From the NCBI RefSeq assembly GCF_009914755.1, contig NC_060934.1: a DNA stretch of 64,000 nt; one strand, written 5' to 3'. The notes under the pieces were generated by a model. It searched no databases. It was not told where the DNA came from and worked only from the letters and a program-made list of their open reading frames with translations. The translations under genes and the position numbers were made by a program. Positions 52,283-64,000 of this stretch are shown here, in pieces. The stretch comes from the human T2T-CHM13v2.0 reference genome, Homo sapiens. How positions within the stretch are numbered: position 1 is the first letter of the stretch; every line of letters starts with the position of its first letter.

Positions 52283-52887
52283 CTCCTTCTGAAAAGACAG
52301 AGATTAGAAATATGGATTTAAAAAAATGAGCCATCTGTATGCTATCTACAAGAGAATTATTGATATCCAAAGACTTAATTTGAATATGACACCAAAGGCA
52401 TGGGCAATGAAAGAAAAAATAAACAATTTAAATCTTATGAAAATTAAAATCCACATTAAAAGACATTAACAACAGAGGAAAAAGGCAACCTACAAAATAG
52501 GAGAAAATATTTGCAACCCATGTGTCTGAATGAGGATTGAGAACATATAAAGAACCCCTGCAATGCAACAATACAAAAAGCAAACATTTATTCAAAAATG
52601 GGCAAAGAACTTGAACAGATATTTCTCCAAAGAAGATATACGAATGGCCAATAAGCACATGAAACGATCCTCAACATCACTAATTGCTGGGGAATTTCAG
52701 ATCAAAACCACAATGAGCTACCACATCTCAACAATTAGGATGATTATTATATTTAAAAATAAATGGGAAAAAAACAAGTGTTGATGAGAATATGGACAAT
52801 TGGAACCCTGTGCAATGAACTCTTCCAAAGTAAAATAGCTAGCAAGAGGCTAGTAAAGGGTAAAATGTTTTCCTCCTCCAAATGACC

Positions 52888-54035
52888 AGGTTTGGATCAT
52901 ACTCCTGAAAGACAGCCTTGGATGCCATAATCCCAAATGTTGAAATCTCAAAATATTAAAGTCTTTAAAATCTAAATTTCTAATGTCCACAGTTCCAAAA
53001 TCACAACCACAGGAGAGTTGTATCATGTTAGGGGAGAAATATTACTTTTTTATTGCCTTTTGAAATTAAATATGGTTTAAGGACTTGTGTATTCGTGCCA
53101 AGTTGACCAGGGGTAAGCTTGTGAACTTAATTTTAGATGTCAATTTAACTGGATTAAGAAAAACTTAGAAACCTGGTAAAGCAATATTTTGGGTGTGTTT
53201 TCTGGACTATTTCCCCACAATTGCCCATAATCTGTCTTTATAATACACTTTTTTATGTCAAATTTTCTTTTTCATTTTTTTCTTTTCCTTTTCTTTAGAT
53301 GTTTTCTACTATTTAAATTGTCTGTATTATTTTTCACAATGTGTTATGCTATGTATTTCGCCTTCACATCATACTGAAGGGACAAATTATGTAAAGACTT
53401 TTAGAGAGTTCTAATTAGTTTCATTCCTTTTTTTTTTTTTTTTTGCAAATTTGACTCCTCAAAATATATTATCAAAACATTGACTTTGTGTTTAAGCCTT
53501 GTGTATGTATGTAAAAACATTGAAACTTCTTCAGTTAATAAAGAGATGTCTTCTTTTGTACATCTACATTTGTGAAAAATATAATTTTTCAAGATCTTAG
53601 CTTTTTTGGTGACTGCAAATGGAGTGGTGATCCATTGCAGTTTTTGATAGACACTGTTAAAAGACTTAGGTTGTTCCTCACAGTGTTTCAGATAACCAGA
53701 GTTATAGAGCTGAGTACACATAATTACTAACCATAGTGATATGCATTTATACACTTTCCTTTTTAGACTATTTCTTTATTACTATGGTTTTGTCTGCTCA
53801 TAACTGTTATACCCGTGTGTCTCTCACTTGCATACCTGATTGTTTTATGTTTGCAAAAATATGTGTGTTATTATTACTGATTTTATTGGGTAAAGTGGCC
53901 TATGAATTGTTCCATTGTGTTTTTACATGTTTCTTAAATAAATTCACTTTTTAAATGTAAGTAAATATATTTTTAAAAATTATTATTATTGTTTTCACAA
54001 TTATATTTTGGAGATTTTGATCCCTTGGAATTTTT
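52888..54035 (+). mobile_element. Ricksha (MuDR) DNA transposon remnant
   Basis: ggtttggatcatactcctgaaagacagc...cataatcccaaatgttgaaatc matches the recalled Ricksha left end; partial inverted right end (ttttggagattttgatc). Confidence 0.75.
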
Positions 54036-55564
54036 TTGGAAGGATAAAGTCCCCCCGTAATCACATAATTAGGAAAGGGAAACCAGAGTTCACTATGAAT
54101 GAATCACCTAGTGTTCAGATTCTATTGCTGTGAATTCCAAATCTTGGGTAAAGTTCTACCACGTATAATTTCTCAAAAAGTACATCTGTTTTCTCAGTGG
54201 TTATAATATTATGTATTTTATTGCTGTATTGCTTCAAAATTTCCAGATAATCTGAGGACTGCTGCACTGTGATTTTGAGTAAAATAGAAGTATGTGGGCA
54301 GTAGCATTTTTACACATGCCCTGAAAAAGTGGTTTGGATGAATCTTTTGGGCTGCATAATTAGATAAATGTACCAATAGAAATGAGAAAGTAAGTAATTC
54401 TTCTATCACTACTTAAACAAAAGGCTTTTCTTGAGCAGAAAAGCTCTACTGAAATCTTGCATCCTAACTATATATGCTTGGAACAATGTGATAAAGAAAC
54501 AGTTAATATACTCAAGACTCTCCTTCTTTGCCCCTTTCTCCCATGAGTTTTATAGTTTCACCAACACTGATTCTACTATGCTATAATTCTAACCTGATTA
54601 TTCGATGAGTAAACAGGTTTGAATTATAACACTGTAGAACAACAGACTGCATTCTTTACTGTTTATCAAATTAAAATGTAATACTAGGAAAAACACAAGG
54701 ATTTTTTATCATAAATTTTAATTATTAAAGCTTTTGTACTTGAAAAAGAAAAACCTTAAGCAATTTAGCCCACTTAATCCCCAATTAATATAACTAAGCA
54801 TACAGTTCAAAGAGTGGTATGAATTTACCTTCTATAAACTTATTCACCTTGTTGCTTTTTGTTTATGTAAGAAACTAGATGCCAAATATTTTTGTAAATA
54901 AGAAAAAATCCTAAATTATCAGTCATACCTTCTTAAACAGAAATTCAGCACTTTAGAAACTCAAAATCTGAGAGGTGCTCAGGCATATCTGAGTGTAACT
55001 TATGACATAATTAGCACCAGAATGTCAACAAAATAAATCCTGCTTCTTAGCCAGTTCCTTCATAAATCACTTGCTTCTAAGGTAATTATACTTAAATCCA
55101 AACTTGTGAAATGCTTTTTAATTTTGCCTCTTTAGAAGTCAAAAATTACAAATGGCATCAGAAGTCTATGCCAGTACTTTCCCCAAATTATCCTCCACTG
55201 ATGTGAACTTTAATGTGACTAGGGACAGAGTTTAGGTATGGCCCTACCAATATCTTCCTCAGAGGAATTATCATCCCATTGTAAAAATATTCATTAGGAA
55301 CCATATGCATCTATCATTATAATTCTGCAGAGTTCAATGCTCCAAGAAACTAGTTCTGAATCCCAGAATTGTGCTTCTCTTAATGAAGCAACTGCTGAGG
55401 GGCACAAATCCAGTGGGATACCTCTATTAACAAAAATAGAAGTTTAAAAAAATTGCCTCTATGACTGTAATCACTGCTTGCAAGGTTCTACAACTGATTA
55501 TTATTTCATGAGGTTTAAAATTTGATTTTATCATATTTGACAGAACCAAGTTAAACCATTTTTT

Positions 55565-55908
55565 CTTCTTTTTAGAAACATTTTATTGATATATAATGAT
55601 TGTGCCTATTTGGGGAGTATGTGTGATATTCTGATACATTTATACAATGCTTAATGATCAAATCAGGGTAATTGTGATATCTGTTACCTCAAATATTTAC
55701 TTTTTCTTATGTTAGGAACATTCCAATTATTCTCTTCTAGCTATTTTTAACTATGCAGTAAATTATCGTTAACTATAATCCCCCTATTGTGCTATCGACC
55801 AATAACACCTACCTATTCCATCTAACAGTATTTTTGTATCCTTTAACCAACTTCTCTTTATTCTCCCTTCTTCTCTTTTCTTCCCAGCCTCTAGTAACCA
55901 GCAATCAC
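55565..55908 (-). mobile_element. L1MA3/4-like 3' end
   Basis: aatgatcaaatcagggtaattgtgatatc...ttcccagcctctagtaacca. Confidence 0.8.
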
Positions 55909-56864
55909 TTAATAAAAGCTTTATATTTCTGTAAAACATTTCTACTCATTATTTTTAAATATTGAGAAATAGGGTTCAGTCAATTAAACAAATATACTCA
56001 CTTGCATATTTGAAGAATTAGAAATATTTAGATGTCATTTACCAAGTAGACTGCTATATATGTAAAAAATTTTCTACAATGAATACATTTATTATAGCTT
56101 GGCACAGCACAATCATCTCAGATACATTCAGTGAGTATGGATTATTATCCTTTGAGAATTTATAGTTCTTGTTTTGAAATATTCTTTTTTTAAATCTACA
56201 AGACAGTTTAGTTAAAATATTATTTAAGTATTTTAAAATTATTTTATTTAAAATATTTTATATCTACATAGCTGTTTTATTTAAATACTTTAATTTTTAT
56301 ATATATTTATTTTTAATATAAATTTTATTTAATTTTTTTAAAATTATGTAATGAAGACAACTATTCACTTTGTGACCTTAAGGTGAGTCCTAGGTGCAAT
56401 AGAATTGGGGAAACTGACCCAAGCCTGGAGGGTCAAGAGTGGCTTCCTGGGAGTTCATATTAAAAACAAGGAAACAGCAAACACAAAGCTCTAAAAGCCA
56501 GATAATTTGACGTATAAACAAATAAACAGAGAATAAAAACTTGAAAGCAATTTAAGATGACTAGAGGAAAAAAAAACCGAAAGAAGGTAAATTAATAAAA
56601 GTTTTTCTGTTATATCATATTTACCCTGTGTACCTAATATATAAGAAGTAGAAAAAAACTGGAAAAGTACTTAGAAATCCATGGGTCAAGCTTGTAGAAG
56701 GACATCAGCATAGGTTAGTTTACACCTTTCATCAAAATGCAATAAAGATAGACTGAGGTAAAAAGCTAAGTTTGTATTTTCAATAATGAAGGGTGACTAT
56801 TGAAGGAAGATAGGAGGTGGCATTCAAGGGTATGGTACTGGGGAGGAAAGAGCACAGAAAAATA

Positions 56865-57065
56865 ATGATAATAATAATAGGTTACGCAATTTGCTATAAG
56901 CCTGGTACTTTTCTAAGAACTTTAAAAGAATTAATCATTTAATCCTCATGAGAAACCTTGTGAGATACGCACTATTATCTCTCTCAGGTTTGGATAAGAA
57001 AAAAAGAACAGGAAATCTTAATAACTTGCCTACAGTTGCATAGCTGAGCCAGAATTTGAAAGCTT
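56865..57065 (-). mobile_element. MIR SINE
   Basis: taatcatttaatcctcatgagaaaccttgtgagatacgcactattatc...taacttgcc. Confidence 0.65.
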
Positions 57066-57079
57066 AAGCTTAAGCAGTT

Positions 57080-57200
57080 CTGTGTTTGCATCTGGACTCT
57101 ACCTAATCTACCAGCTGTATGGTTCTGAGTAAGTAACTAACCTCTCTGAGCCTAAACTATCTCACATTAAAAATGGGGGATAGCAGGGAAATTATAATGA
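57080..57200 (+). mobile_element. MIR SINE fragment
   Basis: taccagctgtatggttctgagtaagtaactaacctctctgagcct...aaaatggggata. Confidence 0.6.
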
Positions 57201-57653
57201 TGAGATTTTTAAAATCATTATGTGCTTTCTATATCCCCAATAAAATATTAGTTCTCTTTCTCTTTCTACAATAATTATGGCTCACATTTATTTATTCTTT
57301 ACTCATGTACTGACTCTTAAGAAAAGACTTAGCGGAAGACATGGAAAGACACCTCAGAATGTTAACAGTCATTACTACTGAGATAAAAAATGTGAGTAGG
57401 CTGGATGAAGTGAGAGATATTTCTGATGACCAAGGCCAAGCCCTTCAATTGGTCTTGATCCTTTTGGGGAAATACAAGAAGTAAAAGAAAGCTCACAAAA
57501 AGCTGAGAAGAAGCTCTACTATCTTCCGGGCCCTAAATCATTCAGTAGAATAGATGAGTAGAATTTGCAGGTATCAAGCATTTAATGTATCCTAGTTTAT
57601 TTAGACCACTTGGCCAAGTCATACAACAAACAAGTACCCCAGATATGCAACAC

Positions 57654-57933
57654 TTTTTTTTTTTTTTTTGAGACGGAGCCTCGCTCTGTTGCCCAGGCTG
57701 GAGTGCAGTGGCGCAATCTCGGCTCTGGGGTTCACGCCATTCTCCTGCCTCAGCCTCCCAAGTAGCTGGGACTACAGGCGCCCACCACCAAGCCTGGCTA
57801 ATTTTTTGTATTTTTAGTAGAGACGGGGTTTCACCGTATTAGCCAGGATGGTCTAGATCTCCTGACCTCATAATCCGCCTGCCTTGGCCTCCCAAAGTGC
57901 TGGGATTACAGGCGTGAGCCACCGCACCCGGCC
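57654..57933 (-). mobile_element. AluY with ~18-bp internal deletion
   Basis: ttcacgccattctcc, ttagccaggatgg; lacks actgcaagctccgcctcc after ctcggctc. Confidence 0.92.
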
Positions 57934-58516
57934 CATGCCACACATCTTTTAAGTACCTTACAAGTTCTCTATTACTCAGGCTCAATAAACTGCTTTTCAT
58001 TATAATCTTAAACCATATATGTAATTTCACTTTTGTTCTTATCTTTTAGGTCTTCTAGTATTCCCACTCTATATTCCATCCACTTGGGATCACCCTGATA
58101 GTGCCCTTATTTTGTGTTTATTTCCATTTCCTCCATTGTGTTTTATTTCATCATCAAAAATATGGAATAAGACTCTATAACTTTGATAAACAGGAGCACC
58201 TCAGAAATTTTAATAGTCTGTAGCCTGTTCTTGTCTTGATGACCAGAACAATTTCAACAGAACTCTAAAGTCTACCTTGTTAGTCCACGAGTCATGCCAC
58301 ACTATTTACAAAGCCATCAAATAAAATGTAATTTATATAATACATACTCTACCACCTACTATTATTTTAACAGGGAAATTTTTAAAGTTCATGAAAAATT
58401 GAATTAAAAAAATAAAAAATATTAATTTTATTTCCCAACAAGAACTCCATTTATTTAGGATACTTTTATAACCAATAAAACCAGCTATTCAGTCTATCCT
58501 TAAAGAACTGAGGGTG

Positions 58517-58985
<469 letters not shown>

Positions 58986-60444
58986 TTAACCATGTCAATA
59001 CAGATTTTGTACATTATGACCTGAAAAAAAAAATGTGTTTTTTACAGATTTTTGTATATTAGGAAACAAAAAGAAGTCAAAAAGAGCTAAATTAGAACTA
59101 TAAGGTGGATGCCTAATGATTTCCCATCAAATCTCCTGCAGAATCCTCTGTGTTTAATGAGAGGAATGTGCAGGAGCATTGTCATGATAGAGAAGAACTC
59201 TCTGATGAAGCTATCCTGGGCATTATTCTGTTAAAATTTTGGCTGACTTTCTCAAAACGCTCCCATAATAGGCAGATGTTATAATTATTTGATCCTCCAT
59301 AAAGGCAATATGTGAAATGACTTGAGCATCCCAAAACCCTGTTTTCATTATTTTTACTTTTGACTACTCCACTTTTGTGTTGACTAGACTTCTTTCACTT
59401 TTTGGTAGCCATTACTTTGATCGGGCTTTGTCTTCAGTATGGTACTTTAAGCCATGTTTCATCTCCTGTTACAATTCTTCAAGAAATACTTCAAGATCTT
59501 GATCCCACTTAAAAAAAAATTAATTGAAAGCTCTGCTCTTGCCTGAAGCTGATCTGGGTGCAATAATTTTGGTACCCATTGAGAGGAGTTTGCTCAACTT
59601 TAATTTTTCAGTCAGAATTGTACAAGCTGAATCAGTTAAGCTGTCTGTGGTGTTTCCTATTATTTGTGCTGTGCATCGTTGGTCCTCTTGAATCAGAACA
59701 CAAATAAGATGATTTTTTTTTTCCTCACAAATGGATGCGGATGGTCTCCTGCAATGGATACTATGGACTTAATCTTCAACATTGTCTTGCTTCTTAAAAC
59801 AAGTTACCCATTTGTAAACTGCTGATTTTCAGGGGTTGGAGGCATTGTTTCCATTAACTTTACATGAAGCATCAATGATTTCACCATTATTCTTCGACCC
59901 AAGCTTTACCATAAATTTGATGTTAGTTCTTACCTCCATTTTAGCACAATTCATGTTGCTCTGATTGGGGCCTTTTTCAAATAGATAAATCATCCTTCTT
60001 TCTACCTCAGACTAGATCCTATTCAGACATGTTATAACAAGTTAGAACAAGTTTATTTTGGTACAGAAAATTTCAAATCCATGCATAATTTTTTTCATAA
60101 TATGCATTTTCCATGAACTTTATAAAGTCTCTTATGTATCTTAACGTAAGATACTCTGTTTTTATTTCTGCATGCTGTTTTTTACATTCTATTTTTTGTT
60201 GTTATTAATAACAAAGAAGAAAACTCAAGAGATAATTCTGATATGTACTCAAGTTTAAAAACCATAGATTTACATAAAAATTTGAGATAAATAAGAGAAA
60301 ATGGGCAGGAAGTGTTTGTAAGCTGAGAGAGAGAAGGTAGTTTCTAAGTTTTGCACTATTTAAAGAACTTCACATTAAACAGCAAAACAATTTCCCACTG
60401 TTTTATAATTTTTATATATAAAATATCATTGTAAGCCTTTGCAG

Positions 60445-61170
60445 TAAATTCTTTCATTTTATGTTGCTTCAGCATCCATTCTGAACTTTCTCATACCAGA
60501 AGCAGTGCTTAGTCTCCTTTGACACAGCTTCTAGTTATACACCACAGCCAAATGGTGCAAGTTGGTGCCGAGAAGTAAGAACTTAGAGGCATCTCTCCCA
60601 TCTAGCATTCTGGGCTCCCACTTTCCTGCTGATTTATTTAATAAAACTTTCAGTTATTTGCCCAATAACTTAGAGTAATCCATATCCTATTCCCTTGCAT
60701 ATACTGCAAGTTACAAAGATGCTTCTCTCTCTCCCTTCCTGATTCTTTATTTTTACCTTGCATGACCTGGGGGACAATGGACTGCCAAATTATACCCTCT
60801 TTGCCCAAGAGATATAAGTCAAAAACTTAGAACTTGTTTCTATTGTGGTGGTGCACTGAATTTGTGCTTTCCATTTGAAAAACTAGGGGCTGCCCCAGGC
60901 TGGTTTTACCCCAGCCTACCAGAAAAAGGGGAGGGAGTGGTGACACAAGTTTGGCTTCCAGAGTCAGAGTGATGGTCAGGCAGACATAAACTGAATATAA
61001 GCCAGATAAGAGCCACAAGTTTGTCCAACAGTGTAAACAAGTTCCCTGTGTGAGGGATCCCTGGTAGAGAGTCCCACAATCACAAGGAAACATTAGGCCA
61101 CTTGCCCCGTAAATGAATTATCCCAGGAAAGGCACTGTAAACACCCACATCTAGCTCCTCTTCAAACCCC
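60445..61170 (+). mobile_element. Old ERV LTR-like element, family not pinned
   Basis: Motifs recalled from an interspersed LTR family (ctttctcataccagaagcag, taagaacttagaggcatctctcc, aaacaagttccctgtgtgaggga, ctgtaaacacccac); GC content above background. Confidence 0.45.
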
Positions 61171-61199
61171 AGTTTTGCTGAGGGCTCTCAAAACATCCT

Positions 61200-61370
61200 T
61201 TAACTTGCATATTCTCATGTAATCCTTACAGCATTATAGGGTATACATTTTTATTACTCTCATTTTACAGATGAAAAAAGGCAAAGATTAATAAATGCTC
61301 CCAAGTCTATACACCTAGCAAGTATTGAAATCACCGTAAATGCAGTTTCTGTGACTCAAGACACTGAATT
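61200..61370 (-). mobile_element. MIR SINE
   Basis: ctcattttacagatgaaaaaaggcaaag core. Confidence 0.6.
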
Positions 61371-61555
61371 TTCAAACAGCATATAAGAACAGCATATTTG
61401 ACAACATGAAAAATGGCAAAAAAAAAAAAAACCACAATCTGGAATGAGAAAACCCATATTTGAGTTTCAAATTTCCCGTTTAGTAACTGAGTATTCATGA
61501 AAAACTCACTACTCCTAAATAAATCTCAGTATTTTCATTTCTTAAGAAAATACAA

Positions 61556-61952
61556 TGTATGAGATTGTGCATTCACTAAGATAACAGTGGAGGTAATAAC
61601 TGAAATGTCAGTGGTTTAATAACACAAGAGTTTATTTCTCATTTACCTAAAGTCCAGAGATTTTTCTGATCAGCAGGTAGTTCCAGTCCAAAAAGGGTTT
61701 CAGTATCTTTCTGTGCTGTGACCACACCAACACCTGGCTCCCATGTTCTTCCTAGTATTTGTCTCTATTCTACCCAGATAAATTAACATAGAGTATCATT
61801 ATAAGATATGTTTTAACTATGCACATCACCCATTGACCAGAACTCAATCACACTGTTATTCCTAACTTCTATGTAGTCTTCAAAATGTAGTGTGGCTATG
61901 TTCCCAGGAAGAAAAGGTACAGCTTTGACCTGAGTCAGCAATCTCCTCCATA
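61556..61952 (-). mobile_element. MLT1J-like MaLR LTR
   Basis: aaatgtcagtggtttaataacacaagagtttatttctc...cattgaccagaactcaatcaca...gctatgttcccaggaagaaaagg. Confidence 0.65.
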
Positions 61953-63654
61953 AAGTGTATATGTAAAAATCCATTTCTTGGATAATTAGTCATTAGTTGT
62001 TATTATTGTCATGTTAAGCCTTCAGTGCCCTTGGAAGTGCTGTACTTTTCAAGTGATATGTATGATTCAAGAGTATAAACCTTTGTGGAGCTAGCCAATA
62101 CTGAAACAAAGAGGGCATTTTAATATAGAAAAATGTAAAACAAAAAGTGAACTACCTTGAGTAGACAGCTACATGGCATTTCTCCAAAACAAAATGTCTC
62201 TTTTTTTTTTTCTGGCTAAACTAAGGTTACATAACCATCCAGAGAGAATCCCAAAGCAGGAGGGTGTGCTACATAAAAATCTTTGTCTCTTTTATTACAA
62301 ACTACCCCATTTGCATTCCAAATACCTGCAGCTGATCTAATTAAGGCCTGAAGAGGGAAAAAGAGAAGAGAGATAATTTAATTCAATATATAATTATTAT
62401 AGAACTGGGTACCTTTTTTCAACAAATGAAAAAACTATGAATAACTTTTCACTTACTAATTGAATAACTCCAGTTGAATCAATATTTTAAAAAATGATAC
62501 ATATACTCATATGCCCACTGCAGAGAAAAAAATAGTATTCAGAATATTTAATTGGCTGAGCATTTTCTCACTCCCTGAGAGATTATCTCTCTATATTGAA
62601 ATATCTATATAGATAGATAGCTTTACAAATATTTGCACATATCCACAAATTTTCAAAGAATTTGAGACTATTTATAAAGTCTAATACCAACAAAAAGAGG
62701 ATTATATCTTAACAGATTAACAAATAATATGGGACTGAATTGAGGTGCTCTCAAAAGCCAGACTAAGGTTTTACTCTAAAATCTAAACTAGTATCTATAT
62801 CCACATTAGAGAATTAGTAACCTGTGAGAGTAGAATAAGATGCTGTGCATAAGTGAACGATGGACTAGTTTGGTAAAATTCAGCATTCTAAACCCTGTGA
62901 TTTGGAAATTTACCGATTATCATCATGCAGAAAACAGATGTATGCTCTGCATGGAAAAGGGGTACAATAGTAAAAAAAAAAATTGACTAATCATGAGTGT
63001 CAGGAGAGAGAGAAAGAAATACAAGTTTGTTGGCCCTACTCAGTTCAGCATTTTAACACTGTTCAAGATGGATGGAGTTCTGGCTAATCTCAGGTAAACA
63101 ATCAGATTGCAAAAGTTAGATTACCTTACCTGAGAGATACTTACATCAGCTAATTTATTTCTTGTTCTCTATTCAAACTTCTTAAGAACTTTTCTTTCAA
63201 TGTGTTTTTCCATAGAGAGAGAACATGCTGAAGAACCTCAAACATTCTGAGTCTCTTGACAGTTTTTGCTGTATAAATGAAAAATAATATCTTCTTTATC
63301 CATGTTATTGGTTTATAACTATCAGTCTCTGTGAAATTGATTAATGTGGGCCTGTCCACAGAGAGAGCTTCCATCTTAAAGTGCAAACAAATTGAACTTG
63401 GAAGACTGTAATCTAGTCTATGCCTTATGACAAATCTTCTAAGGCAAATGCAACTGAGTTTTGGAGCAACCAGCCCCTGCTGCGCATGTAACATAACTTA
63501 GTTCTAGTGTCCTGCTTTCCTAGAAAATCTTGGTTGCAAAATTTTGTTTCATAATTTTCTAAATTTCTTCAAATCGGACATTTAATTCTAGATTATTGTG
63601 AGATTGTTTAATTTACGGGTCATTTAAGTTCTAGATTGTTTTTCTCTTCTCTTT

Positions 63655-64000
63655 GAATTGCATTCTTCAGTTTCAGAATTTCTGCTTGATTCTTTTTTAT
63701 TTCAATCTCTTTATTAAATTTATCTAACAGAATTCTGAATTTCTTCTCTGTGTTATCTTGAATTTCTCTGAGTTTCCTCAAAACATCGATTTTTAATTCT
63801 TTTTGAAAGGTTAGATATCTCTGTTTCTCCAGGATAGGACCTCATATCTCATTTAGTTCATTTGGTGAGGTCATGTTTTTTGGAATGTCTTAATACTTGT
63901 AGGTGTTTGCGTCTTGGCTCTGGGCATTGAAATGTTAGGTATTTATTTTAGTCGTCTCAGTCTGGACTCATTTGCACCCATCTTTCTTGGAAAGGATTTT
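63655..64000 (-). mobile_element. L1M/L1MA ORF1-region fragment, runs off the window
   Basis: cagaatttctgcttgattctt...atttagttcatttggtgaggtcatgtttt...ctgggcattgaa. Confidence 0.8.

Larger units (their letters stand above)
48845..52815 (+). mobile_element. Old L1 (L1MD-like) 5' UTR, ORF1 and ORF2 remnants with nested insertions
   Basis: 5' end gtctgggaagatgacagagtagagagc; ORF1 relic about 49600-50490; ORF2 N-terminus joined to C-terminus (IQKWAKNLNRYFSKEDIRMANKHMKRSSTSLI, ORF 52563-52784). Confidence 0.8.

Noticed and set aside
56200-56345. Palindromic AT-rich repeat (also 7640-7800)
   Set aside because: Low-complexity AT sequence without an extended symmetric stem.
63150-63494. 114-aa minus-strand ORF as protein-coding
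   Set aside because: No recognisable homology or domain; the length is attainable by chance in 64 kb.

Overview
AT-rich, repeat-dense primate (probably human or great-ape) genomic DNA, intergenic or deep intronic. I find no supportable protein-coding gene, RNA gene or CRISPR array; the ORF track is almost all repeat-derived or chance. The window is a layered transposon record: MIR/L2/L1M relics, Tigger/MER47/MER30/Ricksha DNA transposons, a full-length decayed HSMAR2 mariner, MaLR LTRs, a two-LTR MER4-group provirus with a tRNA-Glu PBS nested in a MER4 LTR nested in an old L1, six Alus and two young L1PA 3' ends. The most notable structure is a THE1 element (39904-41987) built like its mRNA (R-U5-internal-U3-R-polyA) with a 17-bp TSD, i.e. 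apparently an L1-mediated retrocopy of an LTR-element transcript. Other points of interest: an internally collapsed L1PB that kept both ends and its TSD, a micro-inversion with snap-back hairpins, a 156-bp dispersed duplication, an LTR12/MaLR deletion junction and a candidate minus-strand non-coding exon. None of these amounts to a demonstrably new biological system. Family and subfamily names come from my recall of consensus sequences and need RepeatMasker/Dfam confirmation.
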